From Squalus acanthias (taxonomy: Eukaryota): DNA of 64,000 bases. The notes beneath the pieces were generated by a model, which saw only the letters and a list, made by a program, of their open reading frames with translations, did no database searches and was not told the DNA's origin. Positions 49,531-62,801 of the stretch are shown here, one piece after another; within the stretch, counting starts at the first letter, position 1, and each line of letters begins with the position of its first letter. Where the stretch lies: NCBI GenBank assembly GCA_030390025.1, contig CM059431.1, positions 117,740,001 through 117,804,000 on the forward strand, written 5' to 3'. The translations under genes and the position numbers were made by a program.

Positions 49531-50661
49531 CTCATTTGCCCCATTTTGGATATTCTACAACAGTCAGTGTCCATCCCATTGCGAGCAGCCTGGAATCTGT
49601 TTTGTGAGCTGTCGGGGAATTTGTCCACATTTTCATATTCCACCAGGGCTGTCTACTTGTTTCATGATTCTGCACCCCGCCCCCCTTGCTAATGGCTGGG
49701 TACCACAGGTGTAATGACTCGCAGGTTTCCCATTGGGCGAGATGTGAATCTATTTGATGCTTTACTTCTGTGCAGCAACAAAAATAATCACACTTAATAT
49801 TAATGGGCTTGAAATTCCACTGGGGTTCTGCTAGTGGGAAATTGGTGGAACCCCCAAGAAAACAGAGGAGACTTGGCTGTGTCTGGCCTCTTCTGTTTAC
49901 AGATGATTCCTCACTGCCTTGTAAGGGGGGAGCTGGAACCCAGAGCCATCAGTAGACTCCCAAAGATGAGAGTCAGCAGTCCAGGAGCTCATTCAGGACC
50001 CAATGTTGGTGTGGCGCTCAGTGTGCTGAGTGAGTGCAGATGTTCTGACCTCCTCGAGGGTGTATGCAGGCCCCCATCTGTCTTGGCTAGCCACGTGTCC
50101 TGGCCTCCTGAAGATTTGATCATTTTTCTAAAAAATGTAGCCAGATCAGCCTCTTTGCTCAGAGGACATTGGCAGGGTCGGAGGGGCGATTGGTCCTGAA
50201 GAAACCACACGTCCCACCCCTATAGGCACATAGGTGCAGGGGTTTCTGGCAGTCATAGACAGGTGAGCACTGGAGATGCACCTGAAATGACGAACTCACC
50301 CACCTCGCCCAAGCAAATGAGGTGCTCTCCCAACACCTGTCAGGTTCGTAACCCAAGGAATTTTGCAGCCAATAATTTTTTTTCCAATATTTCCATTTTA
50401 TTTCGTCACTTTCATTCATCTCCAGAAACTGCATGTAAAACCTCATTGAGTGAGTCATGGCCAGGCAATCTTTTCCAGCTGGCTTTATTGTAGGGGTTAC
50501 ACTGATTCCACAGTCCCTCGACGTTTATCTCTGTGGACAAAGTGAGCACACCATGATGAGCAATGCATTGAATTTAAAATGCCCTTGTCCTTACCTTCAC
50601 TCCCTCACTCCGCCCTACCTCTGCCACCTCCTGGAGTGTTATATCTGTTTCCGCACTCATC

Positions 50662-51360
50662 GGGCTGGATTTTGCGGGGGGTGAGCGGGCCTGATCGGTG
50701 GTGGGTCGGGTGGGAAAGTGTTTTTTTTCTCCCCAGCAGGTCGGGACCCCGCTGTGAACCCACCACCATGCGCCTTAACCAAATGTCAGGTCTGTCAGCG
50801 TTGAGCAGACCTGACACGCAGCGGCAGGGGAGGCAATTAAAATCATTAGTGGCTTGTTTATATGCCACTTATCAATTGTTTCTTCCCAGCTTTTTGAACT
50901 TGATAGGTCGCCCAGCAGTTTTCCGCTGTGCCTAGACCTCATCTGTGAAGCTGAGGCGGGAGGTCAGTGGCCATTGAATCAGCTGATGAGTTGACAGTTT
51001 CAAATGTCAAGTCAAAGCTCCCAGCTAATTGAGAAATGTTCCTTTACAATTAGGATCTCTAAACTGCATTTCCACTACAGATTCACCATGCTGCAAGTCT
51101 TTACACAAGTCTCCATCCAGTCTGACCTCATTACCTCTCCCACCATTGACAGATTGCTTCTGTCATCTCTACTTCACCTGCCATCTATTCCATCAGCATG
51201 GGTGCCCTTGAAACTCTCTCACCTTGGTCCTCAGAATCCCACCACGATCAGCCCCAACAACAGCATTACCAGGCACACCAGCAGCACCAGGCACACCAGC
51301 AGCACCAGCAGAAATAGTAGACAGAGGAATATCATTAGAATGCATTAAGTAATTGCCTGC
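50662..51360. mobile_element. Truncated Harbinger-derived element
   Basis: TIR gggctggattttgc; 51100-51310 matches the reverse complement of ~2060-2300. Confidence 0.6.
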
Positions 51361-51365
51361 TAATA

Positions 51366-51624
51366 CAGGGATCCCTCCCCGACCGTGGGTTTGCCATACG
51401 CAAATTTTACGAATACACAGTTTCCACTCTGCGACAATTTTTGTCAACCGCGGCAGTGAAATTCGCGTATCCGCGGTTTTTAATTTAGGAACAAGGTAAA
51501 AAACATGATTTTTATGCTTTTTGTATTCTTTTTTATTGTGTTTATAGTGAATTTGCCAATCGCGGTTTTACTAACCACGGGGGTTTTCAGGGACGTATCC
51601 CCCGCGGTTGGGGAGGGATTCCTG
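51366..51624. mobile_element. Tc1/mariner (Tigger/pogo-like) MITE
   Basis: ~24-bp TIRs cagggatccctccccgaccgtggg / cccgcggttggggagggattcctg, flanked by TA on both sides. Confidence 0.85.
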
Positions 51625-51818
51625 TATTGCCAATGATAATTTCTAGGTTTATTATCACTGAAAGTAGGTTTTTGACTGTGATATACCAAATGGATCTAAT
51701 TAACCAGGAAATGCCACTACCTTCACAATTGTCAGTGGAGTTATTGTATAATTCAGAAGCATTAATAATTTATTTTTGGATGCCCTTATCATATCTGAGG
51801 GTGAAACAATGACAGTGA

Positions 51819-51842
51819 TATATATATATATATATATATATA
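51819..51842. repeat. (TA)n microsatellite
   Basis: Direct inspection. Confidence 0.9.
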
Positions 51843-52319
51843 AAGCTTGCTTCTATCATGCTCATCATTTCTGTTTCTGACCTGATGTGGCTTGGAGCTA
51901 CCCTACTATTTTATAAATTTAAGTCTCAGTACACTTGTTGTTACTCGGAGCCTCAATGCTCAATTCTCTGGTCAAAGAACAAAAGCGCATATGCAGCAAA
52001 GTGGGAAGATCACCAGACTGAGCATGCCACAAATTTCTTCAAGAAATGGGATACACCAATATCCTATTTGTACATGGATGAGAAACCTCTTTCAAGAATA
52101 AGGGAGACCTCACCTAAAATATATATTCTTATATTTCAAATCTAAGTCATCCTACCTAAAGAAAAAATCAAATAAGAAGAAAGATCTCAGCTGGCAGTCC
52201 TTAAAAGTACGTGGCTGGTCCAGCAAGGCTCACAAACTATTGTATGCCTTATGTTAATGTCAACACATTTGAAATTATAAATGGAATATTGTGATTTAGT
52301 TCAGTTCTAGATATAACTA

Positions 52320-53653
52320 ATAGAGTCCATAGAGTCATTGAGTCCTAACTGCACAGAAGGAGGCCATTCGGCCCATCAAGTCTGTGCCGGCTCTCTGTAG
52401 AGCAATCCAGTCAGTCCCATTTCCCTGCTCTATCCCCGTAGCCCTGAAAGTTTATTTCCCTCAAGTGCCTATCCAGTCTCCCCTTGAAAACATTGAAGGC
52501 TGGATTTGACCAGCCCTGAGGAGGCGGGTTTGGAGGCGGGACTGCTGGGAAATTCAAAACAAATGGGAGCGGATCCTGAACCCGCTTCCAATCCGCCTCC
52601 AACCAATCTTCCCGGGAATCGGGTACCCGATTTGCGCAGGGACCCGCCTCCTGGCGGCGGAAAAAGGATTATGGCCACTTGACTGCCTGTTAACAGGTAG
52701 TTAAAAGGCTTTTTCCCATTTTGAGCCTTCTGTTGCGGGCGTCCCGATGTCGGGGAACTCCGCCAGGGTAAGTGAGGCGTGCTGTGGGTCTGTTGTTATG
52801 TTGGTGTTTGGATGACAGCTGCAGAAGTGGTGTGAAGGATGCAAAGTGACGATGGTTAGTATCAGAGGTAAGGAAATGTTATGAAAGTAATTTTTAATGT
52901 GTTTAGATGTTTCTGCAGGTGACAAGCTGTGAAGTGTTTGTGTAGCCTCATCTCATTGAGAGAAGTGACAGATGGCTTCTGCAATCTCAGCTGCAGCTGC
53001 AATCTGGTTTATCCTAAGGAGAGAGTAATTGGAGAGTCTCGGTGAAAGGGCTCACCTGTGTGCAGTGATTGTCAGTGTTCGACAGCACCTCAATGCTGTC
53101 AAACATTGACAATTCATCTGTCAAACAAGTGTGGTGCGTATGCCTTTAAGAAAACTGGCAGATGAGGCATCATCAACTGATGTCATCTGACACTGGCTTT
53201 CCCTTAATTGGCCAGCAAGCCCGCAGGGCGGGCTTAACAAGGCCAATCAGGGCAAAATAGCATCTGTTCGTCATACGTAGCTGGGGGGCGGGACTAGAAC
53301 CTGGAAGGCAGCAGTCCCGCCCCAACTCGTCTCGGTAAGTAAAATCCAGCCCTGAGTGTCTCCGCTTCCACCACTTCCGTCGGCAGCGAGTTCCAGGTCC
53401 TCACCACTTGTTGCGTAAAAAAGTTTTTTCTCACATCCCCACTGTATCTCTTGCCCAAAACATTAAATCTGTGTCCTCTAGTCCTTGTATCATCAACTAG
53501 TGGGAAAAGCCTTTCCCCGTCTAGCCTATCCAAACCCGTCATAATCTTGTACACCTCTATCAAATCACCCCTCAACCTCCTTTGCTCTAATGAAAACAAA
53601 TCCAGCTTCTCCAACCTGTCCTTGTAGCTAAGATCCCCCATCCCCGGAACCAT
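52320..53653 (-). mobile_element. CR1 3' fragment split by a Harbinger-type element
   Basis: ORF 53294-53671 VPGMGDLSYKDRLEKL..WNSLP continues left of 52497 as FKGRLDRHL..GYGDRAGKWD. Confidence 0.88.
52497..53352. mobile_element. Harbinger-type non-autonomous element
   Basis: TIRs aggctggatttgac / gtaaaatccagccc; TSD TGA. Confidence 0.85.
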
Positions 53654-54269
53654 AGTAGCATAACACAACAAAATAAAACGTCCATAGTCAATGTGCTACT
53701 ACAACATATTCAACCACCTACAATGTTGACAAATTAATATAATGTGGGAACAATTCAGTTGCAGTTTAGACCTCTTCTGTTACAACGAGCAGTCAATCCA
53801 TCTGTTTGCTTCATATGCTGGTACAAGTGTTTTGTCTAGCAATCAGGAACTGTCTTTCCTGCTGCTATGATCCAGACCAATCTTTGCAGTTGGTAAGTGA
53901 GATGTTGATGCTTGTCAAACATATGGGATGATGAATGCACATCCAGTGCTGTCTTTGATAGACAATCTCTTTGTAGATGTCAAAAAGTATTTGTTAAACT
54001 TGATACAGGAGTATGGAAGCAACTCCTGTAGAAAAGTGAACAAATGCTCTTATTTATGTAGCTATCGTTCGAACCTTGAAATTAGATACCAACTTATTTG
54101 GATACTTATAATTATCAACTTTTCCTTTTCTGAGTCTAGGGTATCTACTTAAATTAAATTTTTGATTGTGTTTCACCAATTAATTTATTGCACTAAAATA
54201 AAACTTTCTGCCTCTTGACGTTGTTCAGAGAGAGGAATTCAACCTTTTTGATGCCCTTTAGCCATTATT

Positions 54270-54990
54270 GGCCCAGAATTTGCTGGAGCGGGGCATCTTG
54301 TGGTGTTCCCCGTTAATTAAACATTTTCCCACGTCAGCTCGAAAATTGTTTGCGCTGCAAGTTTCTGGAAGTGCGAGCTGATAACAGCTTTGGGGCATCT
54401 GGGACTTTGGTGAACGACAGGACCAACTCCTTAACCAATGAAATTTAAGGATTGAGAAAGAAACAGAGGAATGACGAAGAAGGAAATAGGGTGAATTAGA
54501 GTCGAATCCAGAAGTCTAATATTATCCTTTTCGCTGTTTACCACATTTCCAAGTTCCGTGTCATCTGCAAACTTTTAAATTATGCCCTGTACACCCAAGT
54601 CCTGGTCATTAATATATATCAAAAAGAGCAGTAGTCCTAGTACCACCCCTGGGGGACACTACTGTATACTTCTCTCCAGTCTGAGAAACAACTGTTCACC
54701 ACTACTCTCTGCTTTCTGTCCCTTAGCCAATTTCATATCCATGCAGCCACTGACCCTTTAATCCCATGGGCTTCAAAAATCCCAGCAAATTCTTAAAAAT
54801 AACAGGGAGGCTAAGGGTGATAAGCTGTATGTGCGAGGCAAACGGCAGAGTGGCGTAAATCGACCAGCAAGTTCTGGAGATTTGCATCTCACAGTATATC
54901 TCTTCATCCCCGAAATTTGCTGGGCGATTTGCTCATTAATAATGGCATGCATCATTAATACACTGTTATTTTTCCAGGAAGATTTGACCC
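54270..54990. mobile_element. Degenerate TIR element containing a minus-strand CR1 RT fragment (~54525-54775)
   Basis: ggcccagaatttgctgg start; antisense KFADDTELG and SVPQG motifs inside. Confidence 0.5.
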
Positions 54991-56549
54991 ATTGTATCAT
55001 TGGTGTGACCAGGTGAGACAGTGACGCTAAAACTGGGACAACATTTAGAAGTCAGATAACTCCGAGATGAATCTGAAAACTGTAGAATCTACTGATCAGC
55101 ATTGTACAAAGGGGTTAATCCTTATGCTGCTAATAGAAGTTAATTTAAGATTTCTAAAAGGTCATGCAATTCTGCATTAATACTAAAATAATTAGCATCA
55201 TAGCTTAGATTTCTCTGCCAGTACCCAGGACAGCTATTGCTACTTTCCCAACTGTGCAAATATCCATAATACCCAATTCATAAAAGTATCTTTCAACGGG
55301 ATAGATCATACAATGACCATCAAAGGTCTGCAAAAACAAAATGTAATAAGTGGAGAGCAAACATAATGTAACATATAATCATAAAATGATGCAGTATAAT
55401 AATAACAAAGCATTGATGGCAATAATAATTGACCATATAAATGAGCTAATTGAGCAATAACATAGAAATTCACACCTTTAACGAATCATTAAAGACATAG
55501 GGAGCATGCCTTGGAGGTAGCTTAAACATTCCCAGCCCGACTGCTAATTATCCAGGTTCTTTCTTTGTCCGGCAGCTTACAAGGCAATGAAACTAATCAG
55601 ACTAACTGGGCCGATAGAGAAATTTATTTTTACACACTCCTTAATGCTCTCGGCTTCATAAAAAAGAAGCACTCAAGTTAGCAGGATAAAGAAGCTCTAA
55701 AGGAATGGAAACAATGCTTGCTGGAATTTCCGAGGCAGTTTTCAGGCAGGAGATCGACAGAACCCCTGGAGAAACGGCTCAGGGGCTAAAAAACAAACTT
55801 TTACACCGTTTCTCTAGGAGTTCTGCCAATCTCCCACTAAAATTATAGTCGCCAATCAGGAGAACATTGAGAAATGCAAGGACAGTGAATTTTGATAGTT
55901 CAATCATAGCATTAAGGGGTAGACATTGGACCTCATTGGGGAAATTTCAGGGATCAACATCCTGTGCCTCAAGGACAACTCAAGGGCATCCCACCCGATA
56001 TTGGGTCAAGTCAATTTTCATGTGTCCGGGGCAGCTGTCTAAAATAGGCGTTGGGTCCCTTACGTATGCTAATGAGGGACCTAATGCCAGATTTAGGCCC
56101 CCTAATGGAAATTAGGCTCAGGTTTTCCAGGCGTGAATGCGGCCTAGCAAGCGACTGTCACCAAAAGTGTAAGTTTTATTTTTTTTAGGTTTGCTGTGGA
56201 GCCAGGAGGAGCAGGAGTTCTCCTTCTTCTTCCCTGGGACATACCTTCGGGCCGCTGCTGGTGAGGCAAGAGGATCAAGAAATGATCTTTATAAAATGGA
56301 CGAGCTGTACACCCAAACAATGTTATTGAGGCTCAAGACTAAATTTTGGGCTAGACTCAGACCTCCCGGTTGGGGCATGTGGTCCCTGTGTGGCACCCAG
56401 TTTAGGCCTAAAAGTGGGCCATTAGGAATTTCAACCACAAAATGTTCTGTATGAAGATAGCATTCTTATAATTCCACAAAAACAGTCAGCCAATTTATCA
56501 ATTGTGGGGGGATAGGGGGGAGCACTAGCAATTATTGCACATTTTTGAA

Positions 56550-57070
56550 AATTCATTCACAGGATGTGAGCGTCGCTGGCAAGGCCAGAATTTATTGCCC
56601 ATCCCTAATTGCCCTTCAGAGGGTGGTGGTGAGCTGCCTTCTTGAACCGCTGCAGTCCATGTGGTGAAGGTACTCCCACAGTGCTATTAGGGAGGGAGTT
56701 TCGGGATTTTAAACCAGTGATGAGGAAGGAACGGCGATATATTTCCAAGTCAGGATGGTGTGTGACTTGGAGGGGAACTTGGAGGTGGTGGTGTTCCCAT
56801 GCGCCTGCTGCCCTTGTCCTTCTAGGTGGTAGAGGTCGCGGGTTTGGGAGGTGCTGTCAAAGAAGCCTTGGCGAGTTGCTGCAGTGCAACTTTTAAATGG
56901 TACACACTGCAGCCACGGTACGCCGGTGGTGGAGGGAGTGAATGTTTAAAGTGGTGGATGGGGTGCCAATCAAGCGGGTTACTTTGTCCTGGATGGTGTT
57001 GAGCTTCTTGAGTGTTTTTGGAGCTGCACTCATCCAGGCAAGTGGAGAGTATTCCACCACATTCCTGACA
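56550..57070 (-). mobile_element. Non-LTR retrotransposon 3' end (CR1/L2 group, distinct family)
   Basis: Antisense EYSPLAWMSAAPKTLKKLNTIQDK..HSLHHRRTVAAV..WNSLP-like sequence; second copy at 60160-60426. Confidence 0.75.
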
Positions 57071-57369
57071 TATTTTCTTCACCACCATAAGTGTTTCCAC
57101 AGATGGTCTGCTTCAAAATTTTGTCCATGTGTCTGCCTGTCAACTTGCGTTTGAAGAGGTGTTGTATGCGAAGAACGTCTTGTCAGTTTGAAATAAGTAG
57201 CTCACCAACAAATTTCCTCATGTGCCATTGGTATTACATTAACATTAGTTCACTGTAGAAAATGCTGCAAGAGTTGCAATAACACAACAAATTGCTACAT
57301 TTTTTCTTTACACAATATCCCAAATATCAAAATCTGAATGACAAAAATGTTTTGTTAAAAATCTATCCA

Positions 57370-57610
57370 GCTCCCTGATGGCCTACAAGTACAGGCATTG
57401 CCTGGAGCAGCACTAAGCCACACAGACCAAAAGGTCCCAGATTGGATCCCCGGTCTGTAGTGAGCTAGTTGATCTCAAACAGGACAGCAACTGGGACCAC
57501 AATAGTCGGCCTCAGTTCCCCTAAGCTAGAAAGGGGGAAAATCAGGCAGAATTACCACTCCTGATCACTATCTAATGCTCCCTGTGTGGATGTGTGGGCC
57601 ATGGATGAAA
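57370..57610 (+). mobile_element. Old tRNA-derived SINE-like repeat
   Basis: gccacacagacc..ggtcccag..ggtctgt..gagctagttgat; a related shorter copy lies at ~34615-34690. Confidence 0.4.
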
Positions 57611-57860
57611 ACAGGATTAAAAATAATGGCGTGAATTGTTAATACGGATGTTGAAGCATATTTGTGCAGAAATGGGATAAAAGAAATGTGGACGTAATGA
57701 TGATAAGAATCTCAAGAGCGAAACATAATTAAACACCAACTTCACATTTCGAGTTTTTTCCTTATACCTTATCTATTCTCATACATTTTTTAACCTTCTT
57801 GATGTTCTGAACAATGTGCCTTGACTGCAGCCCTCAAAAGCTAATCGCTTGCTTACCTAC

Positions 57861-58026
57861 CTTCCCTTTGGCTTGGAATTTGTCATGATTAAGTAATTAA
57901 GGACTGCCACCAGGAAATCCGATGAGGTTGACCCTGTGCGACATCTGTGCTACTTTAGCTCCTGTATTACAAAGTTCAGCCGAAGATGAGGAGCAGAGAA
58001 CAGATGAAAATGATTCACCCAATTCA
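57861..58026 (-). other. Candidate host exon (5' UTR plus possible start MTNSKPKG)
   Basis: Acceptor ttcttttgttcctcttgcAG and donor aag/GTAGGT (alternative ag/GTAAGC 4 nt further) in non-repeat sequence. Confidence 0.3.
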
Positions 58027-58472
58027 CTGCAAGAGGAACAAAAGAATTTTGATGTTTCCCCTCACAATGACTTTCAGTTCCAGTTCTATTTCCCTCACAC
58101 TGTAGTCATTATTTGCAATACTTTTTCAGCTCTGTTCTTTCTCTCATTCTACTTCTCCCACTAGCCGTTCCCACCACTGTCTTTCACACAACATTCTCAC
58201 TGCAGAGAATTGAGCTAACATCTGGACATCAAAAGAGTAAGATGCATCCAAAGCAGGCATACTAGTCACTCTTGTGTATTTAGAGGACATAAAACTATGT
58301 ATGAACATTCAACAGTACAGATTACAGCCAAATCAAATGTAAAACTTTTATGTTTTTATGGGGGTGGGGCGGGGCATCGGCATATTACTAGTGAGGCCAC
58401 CAATACTGATTACAGCAATAGCACCTCACGAGCAATGATGAGGTTTGCTGTAATTCTGTAATTAATAGTAAT

Positions 58473-59757
58473 TATCCTTTATGACTGTGACAAAGCTAAA
58501 CTATCCCTCCTCGTCCTTCTTGACTTGTCTGCAGCCTTTGACACGGTTGATCACTCCATCCTTCTCCAACGCCTCTCCACCGTCGTCCAGCTAGGTGGTA
58601 CCGCACTCGCCTGGTTTCATTCTTATCTATCTAATTGTAGCCAGAGAATCGCCTGCAATGGCTTCGCTTCCTGCTCCCGTATCGTTACCTCTGTTGTCCC
58701 CCAAGGATCTATCCTTGGCCCCCTCCTATTTCTCATCTACATGCTGCCCTTGGCGACATCATCCGAAAACACAGTGTCAGTTTCCACATGTACCCACTTC
58801 TCTACACCCCAGCTCAACCTCACCACCACGTCTCTCGACCCCTCCATGGTCTCTAACTTATCAGACTGCTTGTCCGACATCTAGTTCTGAATGAGCAAAA
58901 AGCTTCTCCAATTAAATATTCAGAAGACCGAAGCCATTGTTTTCGGTTCCCGCCACAAACTCCGTTCCCTAGCCACTGACTCCATCCCTCTTCCTAACAT
59001 TTGTCTGAGGTTGAAATACCCTGTTTGCAACTTTGGTGTCATATTTGACCCTGAAATGAGCTTCCGACCACATATCTGCGGCATAACTAAGACCACGTAT
59101 TTCCACCTCCATAACATCACCCGTCTCTGCCCTTGCTTCGGCTTATCCACTGCTAAAACCCTCATCCATGCCTTTGTTACCTCTAGACTTGACTATTCCA
59201 ATGCACTCCTGGCTGGCCTCCCACGTTCTACCCTACGTAAACTTGAGATCATCCAAAACTCGGCTGCCCGTGTCCTAACTCGCACCAAGTCCCATTTGCC
59301 CATCACCCCTGTGCTCATTGACCTACATTGGCTCCCGGTTAAGTAATGCCTCGATTTTTAAATTCTCATCCTTGTTTTTAAATCCCTCCATGACCTCGGC
59401 CCTCCCTATCTCTGTGATCTCCTCCATCCAGCCCCACAACCCCCCGAGATATCCGCACTCCTCTAATTCTGGCCTCTTAAGCATCCCTGATTATAATCGC
59501 TCAACCATTGGTGGCCGTGCCTTCTGTTACCTAGGCCCTAAGCTCTGGAATTCCCTGCCTAAACTTCTCCGCCTCTCTACCTCTCTTTCCTCCTTTAAGA
59601 CACTCCTTAAAACCTACCTCTTTGACCAAGCTTTTGGTTATCTGCCCTAATTTCTCCTTATATGGCTCGGTGCCAAATTTTTGTCATATAATACTCATGT
59701 GAAACACCTTGGGACATTTTACTATGTTAAAGGTGCTTTATAAATACAAGTTGTTGT
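58473..59757 (+). mobile_element. L2 LINE 3' fragment (RT)
   Basis: [53 protein letters not shown]. Confidence 0.93.
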
Positions 59758-60159
59758 TATAAAAATATGCCCTGTTTAATATTTTTAACAAATAATGGTT
59801 AAATCGTTCAAGAATATTGAAGATTGTGCTTTACTAATGTTATCCTAAACTTAGTTTCTTGTTTTTAATGTTGTTGTAATAGGATGAGTGTTTGACAGAA
59901 TAAACATAACTCTTCAAGCACTGAACAAAGAACCTTCTTTTGCATGTACAGGGTAATCCATTATCAAAATTCCCCCTTACTTATTACAGAGGAGGTCCAG
60001 GGGTATGATATTATAGAACTGATTCTGGAGGGTGGTGCTTTAAGATGTATATCATGGGAAATGATCATTGTAAACCTATGATGTTCCATCCATTCATTTT
60101 AATGTTGGCACTCATATGGTACAGAACGGCAATTTCAGGGTTCCAAGGGTTTTATTTTT

Positions 60160-60426
60160 ATTCACTCATATGATATGGGTGTTGCTGGCAAGTCCAGCAT
60201 TTGTTGCCCATCCTTATTTTCCCTTGAGAAGTGGTGCTGAGCCTTCTTCTTGAACCACTGCATGCCACGTGGTGATGGTACCCCCACATTGCCGATAGGT
60301 AGTGAGTTCCAGGATTTTGACCCAGCGACAATGAAGGAACAGCAATATATGTCCAAGTCGGGATATTGTGTGACTTGGAAGGGAACTTGGAGGCGATGGT
60401 GCACCTACTGCCCTTGTCCTTCTAGG
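60160..60426 (-). mobile_element. LINE 3' end, same family as 56550-57070
   Basis: Antisense SFIVAGSKSWNSLP; direct nucleotide similarity to the other copy. Confidence 0.7.
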
Positions 60427-60839
60427 TTCAACACAAACTACTTGTTAAAGGCTATCACAAAGTTAGAGCTCAGACAGGTTCTAGCATGTTGATGCAAATC
60501 AAGACAATTTCTGCATTTTGAATGATTAAATATGCATATTCAGATATGGGATTTTTGGCTCAGACAAGGAGAGATGTGATGGCTTGTTACTGACTATGAA
60601 CAATTTAGAGTGCTTTGTTATGATCAATGTAATCTATGCACTGAACCACTGAAAATTAGCAGTACAACATTTATAGATATATATAATTTATCTTCTCAGA
60701 GGACTTCTTGAATCTAAATGTTTGCTAAGCTACTAATAATATTGCATGCTTTGTGTTATGATTCTGCATGTGGTTCCTAAGGTGTGGTATTATGCCAGGG
60801 ATAGTATTTTTAACCATTGACAGCCAATCAAGTTTTCTA

Positions 60840-61250
60840 GTCACCAGTGCAAGACGCTACTGAAAGTGGTGGGATGAAGACGAGCAGGAACAAAGGACTG
60901 CCGGAGATATCAAATGACACCAGAGGCATACGGTCTGCATCTGCCTCTATGCAACCCTTTGCATCTATAGGCCCAGGCACAGCGACCAGGCTGTGACTGA
61001 GCATCATTGCATCCAGCATGGTCTCGTATTAAGGTAGTTCCACAGTTCTGACATCAGCTTCCACCTGGAACTCTACCAGTAGCCATCAAGATGACCATGG
61101 TCCTCAATTTTTATTCCACTAGTTCCTGCCTAGTTACTGGAGGGGCCATGTGCCTATATTGGCTTCTTATTCCCCCAAAATATTCATTTAAAGAGCATAC
61201 AGTGGATGATGTCATGAGGGGGGCAAGGCACATGAAGGGATTTGTCAATT
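60840..61250 (+). pseudogene. Highly decayed Harbinger transposase remnant
   Basis: TLPVAIKMTMVLNFYSTSS matches ALPVSLKVTMALNFFTSGS of the 29.8-kb copy. Confidence 0.5.
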
Positions 61251-61280
61251 ATTATGTTGGGGGAGTAAGAAGCCAATTTA

Positions 61281-62801
61281 GCCTGTTCTTGCCCCACGGA
61301 ACTTATCTCTTCCTATCTCGACTCTATTTTTTCTCCCCTTGTCCAGTCTCTTCCCACCTACATCCGCGACTCTTCCGATGCCCTCCGCCATTTTAACAGT
61401 TTCCAGTTTCCCGGCCCCAACCGTCTCCTCTTCACTATGGACGTACAATCCCTCTACACCTCCATTCCCCACCAGGATGGCCTGAGGGCGCTCCGCTTCT
61501 TCCTTGAACAGAGGCCCAACCAGTCCCCATCCACCACCACCCTCCTCCGCCTGGCTGAACTTGTTCTCACATTGAACAACTTCTCCTTTGACTCTACCCA
61601 TTTCCTCCAAATTAAAGGTGTTGCTATGGGTACCCGCATGGGTCCTAGCTATGCCTGCCTTTTCGTGGGATATGTGGAACACTCTTTGTTCCAGTCCTAC
61701 TCGGGTCCCCTCCCTCACCTCTTTTTCCGGTACATTGATGACTGTATCGGTGCCGTCTCCTGCTCTCGCCCTGAACTAGAACATTTCATTCACTATGCTT
61801 CCAATTTCCACCCTTCCCTCACCTTCACATGGTCCATCTCCGACTCTTCTCTTCCCTTCCTCGACTTCTCCATCTCCATCTCTGGGGATAGGTTATTGAC
61901 TAACATTCACTACAAGCCCACCGACTCCCACAGCTACCTGGACTACACTTCCTCCCACCCCGCCTCCTGTAAGGACTCTATTCCATTCTCCCAGTTTCTC
62001 CGTCTCCGCCGCATCTGCTCTGATGATGCCACCTTCCATACCAGTGCTTCCGACATGTCTTCCTTTTTCCTCAACCGAGGATTCCCCTCTACCGTGGTCG
62101 ACACGGCCCTCGACCGTGTCCGTTCTATCTCCCGCACATCTGCCCTCACCCCTGCCCCTCCCTCCCGGAACCACGATAGGGTTCCCCTTGTCCTCACCTT
62201 TCACCCCACCAGCCTCCACATTCAACGGATCATCCTCCGCCATTTCCGCCACCTCCAGCGTGATCCCACCACCAAACACATCTTCCCCTCACCTCCCCTT
62301 TCAGCATTCCGCAGGGACCGCTCCCTCCGCGACACCCTAGTCCACTCCTCTACCACCCCCAGCACCCCTTCCCCTTCGCCCGGCACCTTCCCGTGCACGC
62401 GCAGGAGATGCAACACATGCCCTTATACCTCCCCTCTTCCCACTGTCCAGGGCCCCAAACACCCCTTCCAGGTGAAACAGCGATTTACTTGTACTTCCTG
62501 CAATTTAGTATACTGTATTCGCTGCTCACGATGTGGACTCCTCTACATTGGGGAGACCAAACGCAGATTGGGTGACCGCTTTGCGGAACACCTCCGTTCA
62601 GTCCGTAAGGGGGACCCCGAGCTCCCGGTGGCCTGTCACTTTAATTCACCGCTTCACTCCCACTCTGACCTCACCGTCCTCGGCCTAATACACTGTTCCA
62701 CGGAAGCTCAGCGTAAACTCGAGGAACAGCACCTCATCTTTCGTTTAGGCACGCTACAGCCCTCTGGACTCAATATCGAGTTCAACAATTTTAGATCATA
62801 A
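61281..62801 (+). CDS. Penelope RT and GIY-YIG endonuclease (N-terminally truncated, frame open)
   Basis: MDVQSLYTSIP, QIKGVAMGT, RYIDD, FLD, NLVYCIRCSRCGLLYIGETKRRLGDRFAEH, GLN; the frame is open upstream of 61437 to the junction. Confidence 0.93.
   Translation, partial: ACSCPTELISSYLDSIFSPLVQSLPTYIRDSSDALRHFNSFQFPGPNRLLFTMDVQSLYTSIPHQDGLRALRFFLEQRPNQSPSTTTLLRLAELVLTLNNFSFDSTHFLQIKGVAMGTRMGPSYACLFVGYVEHSLFQSYSGPLPHLFFRYIDDCIGAVSCSRPELEHFIHYASNFHPSLTFTWSISDSSLPFLDFSISISGDRLLTNIHYKPTDSHSYLDYTSSHPASCKDSIPFSQFLRLRRICSDDATFHTSASDMSSFFLNRGFPSTVVDTALDRVRSISRTSALTPAPPSRNHDRVPLVLTFHPTSLHIQRIILRHFRHLQRDPTTKHIFPSPPLSAFRRDRSLRDTLVHSSTTPSTPSPSPGTFPCTRRRCNTCPYTSPLPTVQGPKHPFQVKQRFTCTSCNLVYCIRCSRCGLLYIGETKRRLGDRFAEHLRSVRKGDPELPVACHFNSPLHSHSDLTVLGLIHCSTEAQRKLEEQHLIFRLGTLQPSGLNIEFNNFRS

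Noticed and set aside
52114..52180. Minus-strand AG/GT junctions suggesting a 42-nt micro-exon or recursive splice site
   Set aside because: There are stops in all frames, and such motifs arise by chance in AT-rich DNA; expression data would be needed
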